A DNA stretch of 64,000 nucleotides from assembly GCF_045037415.1 (NCBI RefSeq), contig NZ_CP173438.1; one strand, written 5' to 3'. How positions within the stretch are numbered: the first letter of the stretch is position 1; the number at the start of each line of letters is the position of its first letter. Source of the DNA: Escherichia coli. Lineage in GTDB: Bacteria; Pseudomonadota; Gammaproteobacteria; Enterobacterales; Enterobacteriaceae. Position numbers and translations under genes: made by a program. Under the pieces are notes generated by a model, which saw only the letters and a program-made list of their open reading frames with translations, was not told where the DNA came from and made no database searches. Shown piece by piece: positions 1 to 12,891 of this stretch.

Positions 1-78
1 TAAACAAGCAGTATTTACTCACAGCGCCCCGCTTTCCGCAGGGCGCGTTACGCAAATACTGCTTTCTCTGGCTCAGGA

Positions 79-2511
79 TTACAACAACTGCGCCAGTCGG
101 TTAATATCCGACTGAATCGCCCCGGCGGTGACGTCGCGCCCTGCACCTGGCCCGCGGATCACCAGCGGGTTGTCGCGATACCAGCGGCTTTCGATGGCAA
201 AGACGTTATCGCATGGCAGTAGTGATGCCAGCGGATGGTCTTCACGCACCGCTTCCACGCCCACACGCGCTTTGCCATTGGCATCGAAACGCGCCACGTA
301 GCGCAGCACCAGCCCCATTTCGCGGGCCGCTTCCAGTCGTTGCACCATCTGCTCGTTAAGTTCATCGCCATTTTCAAAGAAATGGTCGATGCTGCCGCCT
401 TCGCAATGGGCAGGCACCAGTGATTCAACACGTACCTGGTCCGGTTCAATGTTGTAACCCGCTTCACGCGCCAGAATCACCAGCTTGCGCATTACGTCTT
501 TGCCGGAAAGGTCATCACGCGGGTCAGGTTCGGTTAAGCCTTGCTGCCACGCCTGATCCACCAGTTCGGTAAACGGCACGCTACCGTCGAATTGCAGGAA
601 CAGCCAGGAGAGCGTGCCGGAGAAGATCCCACTGATCGACAAAATGGTATCGCCGCTGTCGATCAGATCGCGCACGGTATGGTTGATCGGCAAACCCGCA
701 CCGACGGTGGCGTTGTACAGCCAGTGACGCCCGGTTTTTTCGAAGGCGTCGTGGATCTGGCGATATTTATTGCTGTCGCTTGCTCCTGCCAGTTTGTTGG
801 CACTGATGACGTGGAAACCGTGGCTGGCGAAATCAAGATACTGGTCAGCGAGCTGCTGGCTGGCGGTAACGTCCAGCACCACTAAATCATCATACGGATG
901 GGCGCGCATCCACAGGAACAGCGACTCTTCATCCTGCTCGACCGCTTCATCGTTGAAGAAGGCTAACGCGCGGCTGGCGTCCAGACCGTCATAGCTCAAC
1001 AGGCTACGGCGGCTGTCCACCACGCCTGCCAGCACAAATTCAAAGCCGGTACGTGCCGAAAGCGTACTCTGCTCACGGGCGAACAGTTCCAGCCAGCGGG
1101 AACCGATATTGCCCTTGCCGAACAATACCAGGCCGATGCGTTTTTCCGCGCGGAAGACGGACTGATGCAGCCCCTGAATCAGGCTTTCGGTCGGGCCGGT
1201 GCGCAGTACTGCCACCAGGCTGATGCCGTCATCGGACTGCCAGGTAAATTCGACCGGCTGGCCTTTCAGTTGCTGCCAGAAGCGGTGGCAATGCAGCGGG
1301 TTACGGGTGACGCCCGCCCCAACCATCGCCACCAGCGCCAGCCCCTGACGCAGGCGCAGTTCGCCAGGTAATCCCGCTTCGTCGAGGATTTTCAGCGCAC
1401 TGTCGGCCACTTCTGAGGTGTAGCAAAATTGCAGCAACTGGCGATCGTTATGCACGCCAACCGCCAGTGGACGTACCTGAGCACGTTTCAGGATCTGGTC
1501 GATCTCTTTATGCGCCAGTTTGAAATCCTGGCTGGCGGGCACCTGAAACTCAATCAAGCAGACATCATCATGGCTGGTGACAATACGCGCACCAGTACCG
1601 GAGGCCAGCACGCGTTCAATGCGCGTGGAACCTTGATCCGGCGTGTAGCTACAGCGCAGTTGCAGGTCGATTTCGCTGCCAGAAACGGGCTGTAAAGTAC
1701 GGGCATGAAGAACGGGAGCCGCCAGACGCGCCAGTTCGCTGGCTTCATCCAGACGCAGCAACGGCAGCAGGCAGGCATCTTTCACTTTACGCGGGTCGGC
1801 GCTATATACCCCGGCGACGTCGCTCCAGATGGTTACGCGAGAAACACCCGCCAGCGCACCGATTTGTGTCGCGGAATAGTCGGAACCGTTACGCCCCAGC
1901 AGCACCGTTTCACCGGCGTTGTTACGGCTGATAAACCCGGTCACCACCAGACGTTTGCCCGGATGTTGTACCAGTAGCTGTTGCAGCAACGGGTAAGAAA
2001 GCCCTTCATCAACCTGCGGTTGCGCAGCGCGTTCAGCGCGTAAAAACTCGCGGGCATCAAGCCAGGCCGATGGCAGCCCTTGTTGATTAAGCACCGCAGA
2101 CATCAGGCGCGCCGACCACACTTCACCGTGGCCCACCACTTCCGCATACACCGCATCGTTAATACCGCTGTCGAGCAACGCCGCCAGGCGCTCAAGATCG
2201 CTGACAAAAGCGCTAATGAGGTTATCGGCTTCTTCGGCGGGTAGCAGGCCGCTAATCAGATCGCACTGATAACGACGTAATGTTTGTTGAACCTGATGCG
2301 CAGAGAGACGATCGGTCTGGCTTAGTTTCAACCAGTTAATCAACTGGTTAGTGGTGCTACCGGCGGCGGAAACCACCATCATATCGTCAGGCTGAGAGTA
2401 CTCCGCCATAATGCCCGCGACACGCAAATAACACTTCACATCAGCCAGACTACTGCCACCAAATTTATGCAGTTGACGACCTTTCGCCCCTGCCTGCGCA
2501 ATCACACTCAT
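79..2511 (-). CDS. metL: bifunctional aspartokinase II / homoserine dehydrogenase II
   Basis: 810-aa ORF with N-terminal aspartokinase and C-terminal homoserine dehydrogenase regions; starts 2 nt after the metB stop, as in the metBL operon. Confidence 0.93.
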   Translation of the reverse strand: MSVIAQAGAKGRQLHKFGGSSLADVKCYLRVAGIMAEYSQPDDMMVVSAAGSTTNQLINWLKLSQTDRLSAHQVQQTLRRYQCDLISGLLPAEEADNLISAFVSDLERLAALLDSGINDAVYAEVVGHGEVWSARLMSAVLNQQGLPSAWLDAREFLRAERAAQPQVDEGLSYPLLQQLLVQHPGKRLVVTGFISRNNAGETVLLGRNGSDYSATQIGALAGVSRVTIWSDVAGVYSADPRKVKDACLLPLLRLDEASELARLAAPVLHARTLQPVSGSEIDLQLRCSYTPDQGSTRIERVLASGTGARIVTSHDDVCLIEFQVPASQDFKLAHKEIDQILKRAQVRPLAVGVHNDRQLLQFCYTSEVADSALKILDEAGLPGELRLRQGLALVAMVGAGVTRNPLHCHRFWQQLKGQPVEFTWQSDDGISLVAVLRTGPTESLIQGLHQSVFRAEKRIGLVLFGKGNIGSRWLELFAREQSTLSARTGFEFVLAGVVDSRRSLLSYDGLDASRALAFFNDEAVEQDEESLFLWMRAHPYDDLVVLDVTASQQLADQYLDFASHGFHVISANKLAGASDSNKYRQIHDAFEKTGRHWLYNATVGAGLPINHTVRDLIDSGDTILSISGIFSGTLSWLFLQFDGSVPFTELVDQAWQQGLTEPDPRDDLSGKDVMRKLVILAREAGYNIEPDQVRVESLVPAHCEGGSIDHFFENGDELNEQMVQRLEAAREMGLVLRYVARFDANGKARVGVEAVREDHPLASLLPCDNVFAIESRWYRDNPLVIRGPGAGRDVTAGAIQSDINRLAQLL

Positions 2512-2513
2512 TT

Positions 2514-3674
2514 TTACCCCTTGTTTGCAGCCCGGAAGCCATTTTCCAGGTCGGCAATTAAATCTTCGCCATCTTCAATACCGGTGGAGATACGCAGCAG
2601 CGTCTCGGAGATCCCGGCGGCAGCACGCGCTTCTGGTGCCATGCCTGCATGTGTCATGGTTGCGGCGTGAGAGATTAAACTTTCCACTCCCCCTAATGAT
2701 TCCGCCAGCGTAAACAACGACAGCCCGCCCAGGAAACGACGCAGCGTCTGCTCATCGCCATCCAGTTCAAAACTCAACATTGCGCCAAAGCCTTTTTGCT
2801 GGCGCGCGGCAATTTCATGCCCCTGATTTTCCGGCAGCGACGGGTGATACAGTTTCTTCACCAACGGCTGGGTTTGCAGATATTTCACAATCGCCTGCGC
2901 GTTGCGCTGCGCCAGCTCCATACGCGGCACCAGCGTTCGCAACCCGCGCAGCAGCAGATAGCTGTCAAACGCGCCGCCCGTCACGCCAATATTGTTTGCC
3001 CACCAGGCAAGTTCAGTGACAACGTCCGGGTCTTTAGCAATCACTACGCCTGCCACCACGTCAGAGTGACCGTTCAGATATTTCGTGCATGAATGCAACA
3101 CCAGATCGGCACCTAATGCCAGTGGATTTTGTAATGCCGGGCTTAAGAAGGTGTTATCCACCACGCTCACCGCCCCGACTTCCCTTGCCAGATGGCAAAT
3201 TTTCGCAATATCCACGACGCGTAACAATGGATTACTTGGGCTTTCTACCAGTACCAGTTTGGGTTTTTCTGCCAGCGCTGCCCGTAATGCCTGTTCATCG
3301 CTTTGATCAACAAACAACACGCGATAGCAACCGCGTTTCGCCAGGCTGTCGAACAGGCGATAGCTACCGCCGTAGCAGTCGTGCGGCGCAACCAGCAGAT
3401 CGCCAGGTTTCAAAAAGACGGTCGTTACCAGGTGAATCGCGGACATGCCGGTATTAGTAAGTACGGCACCGGCACCGCCTTCCAGTTCTGCCAGCGCACG
3501 CTGAACCACATCGCGCGTTGGGTTGCCGCGACGCGAGTAATCATGCGCACGTGGTTCATTAAATCCGGTAAAGTTATAGGTACTGGAAAGATGGATGGGA
3601 GGGACAACGCAACCATACTGTTCGTCGTCATTTAACCCGCTACGCACTGCGATGGTGGCCTGTTTACGCGTCAT
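2514..3674 (-). CDS. metB: cystathionine gamma-synthase (PLP-dependent)
   Basis: ORF track gives 445 aa from 3851; the internal start MTRKQATIAVRSG at 3674 gives the expected 386 aa and leaves the operator region free. Confidence 0.92.
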   Translation of the reverse strand: MTRKQATIAVRSGLNDDEQYGCVVPPIHLSSTYNFTGFNEPRAHDYSRRGNPTRDVVQRALAELEGGAGAVLTNTGMSAIHLVTTVFLKPGDLLVAPHDCYGGSYRLFDSLAKRGCYRVLFVDQSDEQALRAALAEKPKLVLVESPSNPLLRVVDIAKICHLAREVGAVSVVDNTFLSPALQNPLALGADLVLHSCTKYLNGHSDVVAGVVIAKDPDVVTELAWWANNIGVTGGAFDSYLLLRGLRTLVPRMELAQRNAQAIVKYLQTQPLVKKLYHPSLPENQGHEIAARQQKGFGAMLSFELDGDEQTLRRFLGGLSLFTLAESLGGVESLISHAATMTHAGMAPEARAAAGISETLLRISTGIEDGEDLIADLENGFRAANKG

Positions 3675-3737
3675 GTGATGAAGTTCCCTGGGCTTTGTCG
3701 GTGAAATGTCAGGCACCAGAGTAAACATTGTGTTAAT

Positions 3738-3769
3738 GGACGTCAATACATCTGGACATCTAAACTTCT
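3738..3769. promoter_or_regulatory. four tandem 8-bp Met-box-like repeats (MetJ operator) in the metB-metJ divergent promoter region
   Basis: GGACGTCA ATACATCT GGACATCT AAACTTCT, each 6/8 to the AGACGTCT Met-box consensus, about 65-95 bp upstream of the metB start. Confidence 0.5.
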
Positions 3770-3950
3770 TTGCGTATAGATTGAGCAAATCCCAAATAGC
3801 CGTTAAAATTATATGCATTATCACGCCGACAGGTGCATTACACGATGTCACGGTAACGCCTGTACGGTAAACTATGCGGGTTTACGGTCAGTACCCACAT
3901 TAACTGTGTGGTCTGGTCTCAATTTATTGACGAAGAGGATTAAGTATCTC

Positions 3951-4268
3951 ATGGCTGAATGGAGCGGCGAATATATCAGCCCATACGCTGAGCACGGCAA
4001 GAAGAGTGAACAAGTCAAAAAGATTACGGTTTCCATTCCTCTTAAGGTGTTAAAAATCCTCACCGATGAACGCACGCGTCGTCAGGTGAACAACCTGCGT
4101 CACGCTACCAACAGCGAGCTGCTGTGCGAAGCGTTTCTGCATGCCTTTACCGGGCAACCTTTGCCGGATGATGCCGATCTGCGTAAAGAGCGCAGCGACG
4201 AAATTCCGGAGGCGGCAAAAGAGATCATGCGTGAGATGGGGATTAACCCGGAGACGTGGGAATACTAA
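3951..4268 (+). CDS. metJ: methionine repressor MetJ
   Basis: ORF track starts at 3813; the internal ATG at 3951 ([18 protein letters not shown]) gives the 105-aa MetJ. Confidence 0.93.
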
Positions 4269-4279
4269 AGCGGAAAAGA

Positions 4280-4308
4280 GCGGCGCGGAGTTAACCAGCC
4301 GCTTTTTT
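4280..4308 (+). terminator. rho-independent terminator downstream of metJ
   Basis: GCGGC / GCCGC stem followed by TTTTTT. Confidence 0.5.
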
Positions 4309-4327
4309 CATACATGGACGTTTAACG

Positions 4328-4936
4328 ATGAAAATCAGGCTACTGATCCCCGGCCTGCTGGTTTCTGTGCCTGCATTTGCCTGGCAACCACAAACCGGCG
4401 ACATCATCTTTCAGATCTCTCGCTCATCGCAAAGTAAAGCGATCCAACTGGCGACCCATTCCGATTACAGCCACACCGGTATGCTGGTGATACGCAACAA
4501 AAAGCCCTACGTCTTTGAAGCCGTCGGCCCGGTAAAATATACCCCGCTGAAACAGTGGATCGCCCACGGTGAAGATAGCAAGTACATCGTGCGTCGCGTT
4601 AAAGGCGAGCTAAATGCCGAACAACAGCAAAAACTGGCGCAAACGGCAAAACGTTATCTCGGTAAACCGTATGACTCCAGCTTCTCGTGGAGCGACGATC
4701 GCCAGTACTGTTCGGAAGTGGTGTGGAAGGTCTACCAGAATGCGCTGGGAATGCGTGTGGGCGAGCAGCAGAAGCTGAAAGAGTTCGATCTTAGTAACCC
4801 GCTAGTTCAGGCAAAGCTCAAAGAACGCTACGGCAAAAATATTCCGCTTGAGGAAACGGTAGTTTCACCACAAGCCGTTTTCGACGCGCCACAACTCACC
4901 ACGGTCGCCAAAGAATGGCCGCTGTTTTCCTGGTAA
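4328..4936 (+). CDS. yiiX: YiiX-like putative secreted hydrolase
   Basis: 202-aa ORF with N-terminal signal peptide (MKIRLLIPGLLVSVPAFA); sits between metJ and rpmE as yiiX does in K-12. Confidence 0.8.
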   Translation: MKIRLLIPGLLVSVPAFAWQPQTGDIIFQISRSSQSKAIQLATHSDYSHTGMLVIRNKKPYVFEAVGPVKYTPLKQWIAHGEDSKYIVRRVKGELNAEQQQKLAQTAKRYLGKPYDSSFSWSDDRQYCSEVVWKVYQNALGMRVGEQQKLKEFDLSNPLVQAKLKERYGKNIPLEETVVSPQAVFDAPQLTTVAKEWPLFSW

Positions 4937-4955
4937 TACGACCAAAATTCAGGCA

Positions 4956-4985
4956 CAAAAAAAGCGCCGTGCGGCGCTTTTTTCG
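4956..4985. terminator. bidirectional terminator between convergent yiiX and rpmE
   Basis: AGCGCCG / CGGCGCT inverted repeat flanked by an A-tract on one side and a T-tract on the other. Confidence 0.55.
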
Positions 4986-4996
4986 GAAATCCGGTC

Positions 4997-5248
<252 letters not shown>

Positions 5249-5252
5249 CTAA

Positions 5253-7610
<2,358 letters not shown>

Positions 7611-7765
7611 ACCGCTCACGATGCGAGGCGGATCGAAAAATTCAATATTCATCACACTTTTCATGAAAATTCTGTAACCGTTTTCACGCGCTATCTGCTA
7701 AAAATGTTGCCGATGTGAAGTAAACATGGATGTAGTACGCCTGACGTGCCAGGCGAGGAGTGAGT

Positions 7766-8791
7766 GTGAAAGCGAAGAAGCAGGAAACTGCCGCGACCAT
7801 GAAAGACGTTGCCCTCAAGGCAAAAGTCTCTACAGCGACTGTCTCCCGAGCATTAATGAATCCCGATAAAGTCTCCCAGGCCACCCGTAATCGGGTTGAA
7901 AAAGCGGCCCGGGAAGTGGGTTATTTACCGCAGCCTATGGGGCGCAACGTCAAGCGTAATGAATCCCGCACCATTCTGGTGATTGTCCCGGATATCTGCG
8001 ACCCTTTCTTTAGCGAAATTATTCGCGGTATCGAAGTTACGGCGGCAAATCACGGATATCTGGTGCTGATTGGCGACTGTGCGCATCAAAATCAGCAGGA
8101 AAAAACCTTTATCGATTTGATCATCACCAAGCAAATTGATGGCATGTTGTTGCTGGGTTCAAGGCTGCCGTTTGATGCCAGCATTGAGGAACAGCGTAAT
8201 CTGCCGCCGATGGTGATGGCGAACGAATTTGCACCGGAACTGGAGCTGCCTACCGTTCATATCGACAATCTGACCGCCGCATTTGATGCAGTAAATTATT
8301 TATATGAGCAAGGGCATAAACGGATTGGCTGTATAGCCGGTCCCGAAGAGATGCCGCTGTGTCACTACCGCCTGCAAGGCTATGTTCAGGCGCTGCGTCG
8401 CTGCGGCATTATGGTTGATCCGCAATACATCGCCCGTGGCGACTTCACCTTCGAAGCCGGAAGCAGAGCAATGCAACAGCTGCTTGATCTTCCACAACCG
8501 CCTACTGCTGTCTTCTGCCATAGCGATGTGATGGCGCTCGGCGCACTTTCTCAGGCAAAACGTCAGGGGCTGAAAGTCCCGGAAGACCTTTCCATAATCG
8601 GTTTTGATAACATCGACCTGACGCAATTTTGTGATCCGCCGCTGACAACCATCGCGCAGCCGCGTTACGAAATCGGTCGGGAAGCTATGCTGTTATTGCT
8701 TGATCAAATGCAGGGGCAACACGTTGGCAGTGGCTCTCGTTTAATGGACTGCGAACTTATCATCCGGGGATCAACACGCGCGTTACCTTAA
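7766..8791 (+). CDS. cytR: LacI-family transcriptional repressor CytR
   Basis: N-terminal HTH (ATMKDVALKAKVSTATVSRAL) plus periplasmic-binding-protein-like effector domain; GTG start at 7766 gives 341 aa. Confidence 0.9.
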   Translation: MKAKKQETAATMKDVALKAKVSTATVSRALMNPDKVSQATRNRVEKAAREVGYLPQPMGRNVKRNESRTILVIVPDICDPFFSEIIRGIEVTAANHGYLVLIGDCAHQNQQEKTFIDLIITKQIDGMLLLGSRLPFDASIEEQRNLPPMVMANEFAPELELPTVHIDNLTAAFDAVNYLYEQGHKRIGCIAGPEEMPLCHYRLQGYVQALRRCGIMVDPQYIARGDFTFEAGSRAMQQLLDLPQPPTAVFCHSDVMALGALSQAKRQGLKVPEDLSIIGFDNIDLTQFCDPPLTTIAQPRYEIGREAMLLLLDQMQGQHVGSGSRLMDCELIIRGSTRALP

Positions 8792-8882
8792 AGTAAACCT
8801 TTAAGACTGCCGTGACTGGTCAAAGGCCCGCCGCTTAAGTAACATGGCGGGCTGACGAACGAATAAATACAGCGAAACGATA

Positions 8883-9842
8883 GTGGCACAACGAGATTAT
8901 GTACGCCGCAGCCAACCGGCACCTTCGCGGCGAAAAAAGAGCACCTCACGGAAAAAGCAACGAAATCTGCCTGCGGTTTCTCCCGCTATGGTCGCTATTG
9001 CTGCCGCCGTTCTTGTGACCTTTATCGGTGGTCTGTACTTCATTACGCATCACAAGAAAGAAGAGTCCGAGACGCTGCAAAGCCAGAAAGTGACCGGAAA
9101 CGGACTACCACCAAAACCAGAAGAACGCTGGCGCTACATTAAAGAGCTGGAAAGTCGCCAGCCGGGTGTGCGTGCGCCCACAGAACCTTCTGCCGGTGGT
9201 GAAGTGAAAACGCCGGAGCAACTGACACCAGAACAACGCCAGCTTCTTGAACAAATGCAGGCCGATATGCGCCAGCAGCCAACGCAGCTGGTTGAAGTTC
9301 CGTGGAATGAGCAGACGCCGGAACAGCGTCAGCAAACGCTACAGCGCCAGCGTCAGGCGCAGCAATTAGCGGAGCAGCAACGCCTGGCTCAGCAGTCGCG
9401 TACGACTGAACAAAGCTGGCAGCAGCAGACGCGTACGTCGCAAGCCGCGCCGGTACAGGCGCAACCGCGCCAGTCTAAACCGGCTTCTACTCAGCAGCCG
9501 TACCAGGATCTGCTGCAAACCCCTGCGCACACGACCGCGCAGTCGAAGCCGCAGCAAGCTGCGCCGGTTGCTCGTGCCGCTGACGCGCCAAAACCGACGG
9601 CGGAGAAAAAAGACGAACGCCGCTGGATGGTGCAGTGCGGTTCGTTCAGAGGCGCGGAACAGGCAGAGACGGTACGTGCTCAGCTGGCGTTCGAAGGCTT
9701 TGACTCAAAAATTACCACCAACAATGGCTGGAATCGTGTGGTGATTGGCCCGGTGAAAGGCAAAGAGAACGCAGACAGCACCCTCAATCGCTTGAAGATG
9801 GCGGGTCATACAAACTGCATTCGGCTCGCCGCCGGGGGTTGA
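8883..9842 (+). CDS. ftsN: cell division protein FtsN
   Basis: 319 aa, GTG start; short cytoplasmic tail, one TM helix, Gln/Pro-rich linker, C-terminal SPOR domain. Confidence 0.9.
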   Translation: MAQRDYVRRSQPAPSRRKKSTSRKKQRNLPAVSPAMVAIAAAVLVTFIGGLYFITHHKKEESETLQSQKVTGNGLPPKPEERWRYIKELESRQPGVRAPTEPSAGGEVKTPEQLTPEQRQLLEQMQADMRQQPTQLVEVPWNEQTPEQRQQTLQRQRQAQQLAEQQRLAQQSRTTEQSWQQQTRTSQAAPVQAQPRQSKPASTQQPYQDLLQTPAHTTAQSKPQQAAPVARAADAPKPTAEKKDERRWMVQCGSFRGAEQAETVRAQLAFEGFDSKITTNNGWNRVVIGPVKGKENADSTLNRLKMAGHTNCIRLAAGG

Positions 9843-9866
9843 AACCCTCAAAATCCCCCCCATCTA
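9839..9866 (+). promoter_or_regulatory. sigma-32 heat-shock promoter of hslVU
   Basis: TTGAAA (9839-9844) then 12-13 nt spacer then CCCCATCTA, matching the sigma-32 consensus; the -35 overlaps the ftsN stop codon. Confidence 0.6.
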
Positions 9867-9879
9867 TAATTGCATTATG

Positions 9880-9899
9880 CCCCGTACTTTTGTACGGGG
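9880..9899 (+). other. perfect 8-bp stem-loop in the hslVU 5' leader
   Basis: CCCCGTAC-TTTT-GTACGGGG, 35 nt upstream of the hslV ATG. Confidence 0.45.
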
Positions 9900-9934
9900 T
9901 TTGTACTCTGTATTCGTAACCAAGGGGTCAGCTC

Positions 9935-10465
9935 GTGACAACTATAGTAAGCGTACGCCGTAACGGCCATGTGGTCATCGCTGGTGATGGTCAGGCCACG
10001 TTGGGCAATACCGTAATGAAAGGCAACGTGAAAAAGGTCCGCCGTCTGTACAACGACAAAGTCATCGCGGGCTTTGCGGGCGGTACTGCGGATGCTTTTA
10101 CGCTGTTCGAACTGTTTGAACGTAAACTGGAAATGCATCAGGGCCATCTGGTCAAAGCCGCCGTTGAGCTGGCGAAAGACTGGCGTACCGATCGCATGCT
10201 GCGCAAACTTGAAGCACTGCTGGCAGTCGCGGATGAAACTGCATCGCTTATCATCACCGGTAACGGTGACGTGGTGCAGCCAGAAAACGATCTTATTGCT
10301 ATCGGCTCCGGCGGCCCTTACGCCCAGGCTGCGGCGCGCGCGCTGTTAGAAAACACTGAACTTAGCGCCCGTGAAATTGCTGAAAAGGCGTTGGATATTG
10401 CAGGCGACATTTGCATCTATACCAACCATTTCCACACCATCGAAGAATTAAGCTACAAAGCGTAA
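9935..10465 (+). CDS. hslV: ATP-dependent protease subunit HslV
   Basis: 176 aa; N-terminal Thr ([20 protein letters not shown]) typical of proteasome-like HslV. Confidence 0.95.
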
Positions 10466-10474
10466 GGATCTCCC

Positions 10475-11806
10475 ATGTCTGAAATGACCCCACGCGAAAT
10501 CGTCAGCGAACTGGATAAGCACATCATCGGCCAGGACAACGCCAAGCGTTCCGTGGCGATTGCTCTGCGTAACCGCTGGCGTCGCATGCAGCTCAACGAA
10601 GAGCTGCGCCATGAAGTGACCCCGAAAAATATCCTGATGATCGGCCCGACCGGTGTCGGTAAAACTGAAATCGCCCGTCGTCTGGCTAAGCTGGCGAATG
10701 CGCCGTTCATCAAAGTTGAAGCGACCAAATTCACCGAAGTGGGCTATGTCGGTAAGGAAGTGGATTCTATTATTCGCGATCTGACCGATGCCGCCGTGAA
10801 AATGGTACGCGTCCAGGCTATCGAGAAAAACCGTTATCGCGCTGAAGAACTGGCAGAAGAACGTATTCTCGACGTACTGATCCCACCGGCTAAAAATAAC
10901 TGGGGACAGACCGAACAGCAGCAGGAGCCGTCCGCTGCTCGTCAGGCATTCCGCAAAAAACTGCGTGAAGGCCAGCTTGATGACAAAGAAATTGAGATCG
11001 ATCTTGCCGCAGCACCGATGGGCGTTGAAATTATGGCTCCTCCGGGCATGGAAGAGATGACCAGCCAGCTGCAGTCCATGTTCCAGAACCTGGGCGGTCA
11101 GAAGCAAAAGGCGCGTAAGCTGAAAATCAAAGACGCCATGAAGCTGCTGATTGAAGAAGAAGCGGCGAAACTGGTGAACCCGGAAGAGCTGAAGCAAGAT
11201 GCTATCGACGCTGTTGAGCAGCACGGGATCGTGTTTATCGACGAAATCGACAAAATCTGTAAGCGCGGCGAGTCTTCCGGTCCGGATGTTTCTCGTGAAG
11301 GCGTTCAGCGTGACCTGCTGCCGCTGGTAGAAGGTTGCACTGTTTCCACCAAACACGGGATGGTCAAAACTGACCACATTCTGTTTATCGCTTCTGGCGC
11401 GTTCCAGATTGCGAAACCGTCTGACCTGATCCCGGAACTGCAAGGTCGTCTGCCAATCCGCGTTGAGCTGCAGGCACTGACCACCAGCGACTTTGAGCGT
11501 ATTTTGACCGAGCCGAATGCCTCTATCACCGTGCAGTACAAAGCACTGATGGCAACTGAGGGCGTAAATATCGAGTTTACCGACTCCGGTATTAAGCGCA
11601 TCGCGGAAGCGGCATGGCAGGTGAACGAATCTACCGAAAACATCGGTGCTCGTCGTTTACATACCGTTCTGGAGCGTTTAATGGAAGAGATTTCCTACGA
11701 CGCCAGCGATTTAAGCGGTCAAACTATCACTATTGACGCAGATTATGTGAGCAAACATCTGGATGCGTTGGTGGCAGATGAAGATCTGAGCCGTTTTATC
11801 CTATAA
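10475..11806 (+). CDS. hslU: ATP-dependent protease ATPase subunit HslU
   Basis: 443 aa AAA+ ATPase; Walker A GPTGVGKT; 9 nt after hslV. Confidence 0.95.
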
Positions 11807-11835
11807 TCGCGTTCAATCATTTTCATCATTGTTTG

Positions 11836-11860
11836 ATGGGGCTGAAAGGCCCCATTTTTA
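11836..11860 (+). terminator. rho-independent terminator after hslU
   Basis: ATGGGGC / GCCCCAT stem followed by TTTTTATT. Confidence 0.55.
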
Positions 11861-11872
11861 TTGGCGCGTATT

Positions 11873-12799
11873 ATGACTGAACAACAAATTAGCCGAACTC
11901 AGGCGTGGCTGGAAAGTTTACGACCTAAAACCCTCCCCCTCGCCTTTGCTGCAATTATCGTCGGGACGGCGCTGGCATGGTGGCAAGGTCACTTCGATCC
12001 ACTGGTCGCCCTGCTGGCATTGATTACCGCCGGGCTATTACAGATCCTTTCTAACCTCGCCAATGATTACGGCGATGCGGTAAAAGGCAGCGATAAACCT
12101 GACCGCATTGGGCCGCTACGCGGCATGCAAAAAGGGGTCATTACCCAGCAAGAGATGAAACGGGCGCTCATTATTACCGTCGTGCTCATCTGTCTCTCCG
12201 GGCTGGCACTGGTTGCAGTGGCGTGCCATACGCTGGCCGATTTTGTCGGTTTCCTGATTCTTGGCGGGTTGTCGATCATTGCCGCTATCACCTACACCGT
12301 GGGCAATCGTCCTTATGGTTATATCGGTTTGGGTGATATTTCCGTACTGGTTTTCTTTGGCTGGTTGAGCGTCATGGGGAGCTGGTATTTACAGGCTCAT
12401 ACATTGATTCCGGCACTGATCCTTCCGGCAACCGCATGCGGCCTGCTGGCAACGGCAGTACTGAACATTAATAACCTGCGTGATATCAATAGCGACCGCG
12501 AAAACGGCAAAAACACGCTGGTGGTGCGCTTAGGTGCAGTAAACGCGCGTCGTTATCATGCCTGCCTGCTGATGGGCTCACTGGTGTGTCTAGCGCTGTT
12601 TAATCTCTTTTCGCTGCATAGCCTGTGGGGCTGGCTGTTCCTGCTGGCGGCACCGTTGCTGGTGAAGCAAGCTCGTTATGTGATGCGCGAAATGGACCCG
12701 GTGGCGATGCGACCAATGCTGGAACGCACTGTCAAAGGAGCGTTACTGACTAACCTGCTGTTTGTTTTAGGGATATTCCTAAGCCAGTGGGCAGCATAA
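11873..12799 (+). CDS. menA: 1,4-dihydroxy-2-naphthoate octaprenyltransferase
   Basis: polytopic UbiA-family membrane protein; ORF track begins at a TTG at 11861, I prefer the ATG at 11873 (MTEQQISRTQAWLESL). Confidence 0.88.
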   Translation: MTEQQISRTQAWLESLRPKTLPLAFAAIIVGTALAWWQGHFDPLVALLALITAGLLQILSNLANDYGDAVKGSDKPDRIGPLRGMQKGVITQQEMKRALIITVVLICLSGLALVAVACHTLADFVGFLILGGLSIIAAITYTVGNRPYGYIGLGDISVLVFFGWLSVMGSWYLQAHTLIPALILPATACGLLATAVLNINNLRDINSDRENGKNTLVVRLGAVNARRYHACLLMGSLVCLALFNLFSLHSLWGWLFLLAAPLLVKQARYVMREMDPVAMRPMLERTVKGALLTNLLFVLGIFLSQWAA

Positions 12800-12891
12800 C
12801 TGACAAATATCAATTAACAATTGATGATTTTGCCAACAGCCCACATAGCGCGATATACTGAAAATTCTCGCAGCAACTGAATGTTAAGCCT

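Noticed and set aside
1-78. GCGCCC...GGGCGC inverted repeat downstream of metL as a terminator
   Set aside because: No T-tract on the metL-sense strand after the stem; more likely part of the upstream region of the next gene
2514-3851. 445-aa metB and 151-aa metJ as given by the ORF track
   Set aside because: Both extensions run into the shared Met-box operator region; the internal ATGs give the expected protein lengths
10448-11443. 331-aa ORF antisense to hslU
   Set aside because: Lies entirely within hslU on the opposite strand; low-complexity translation with no start signals; a shadow ORF
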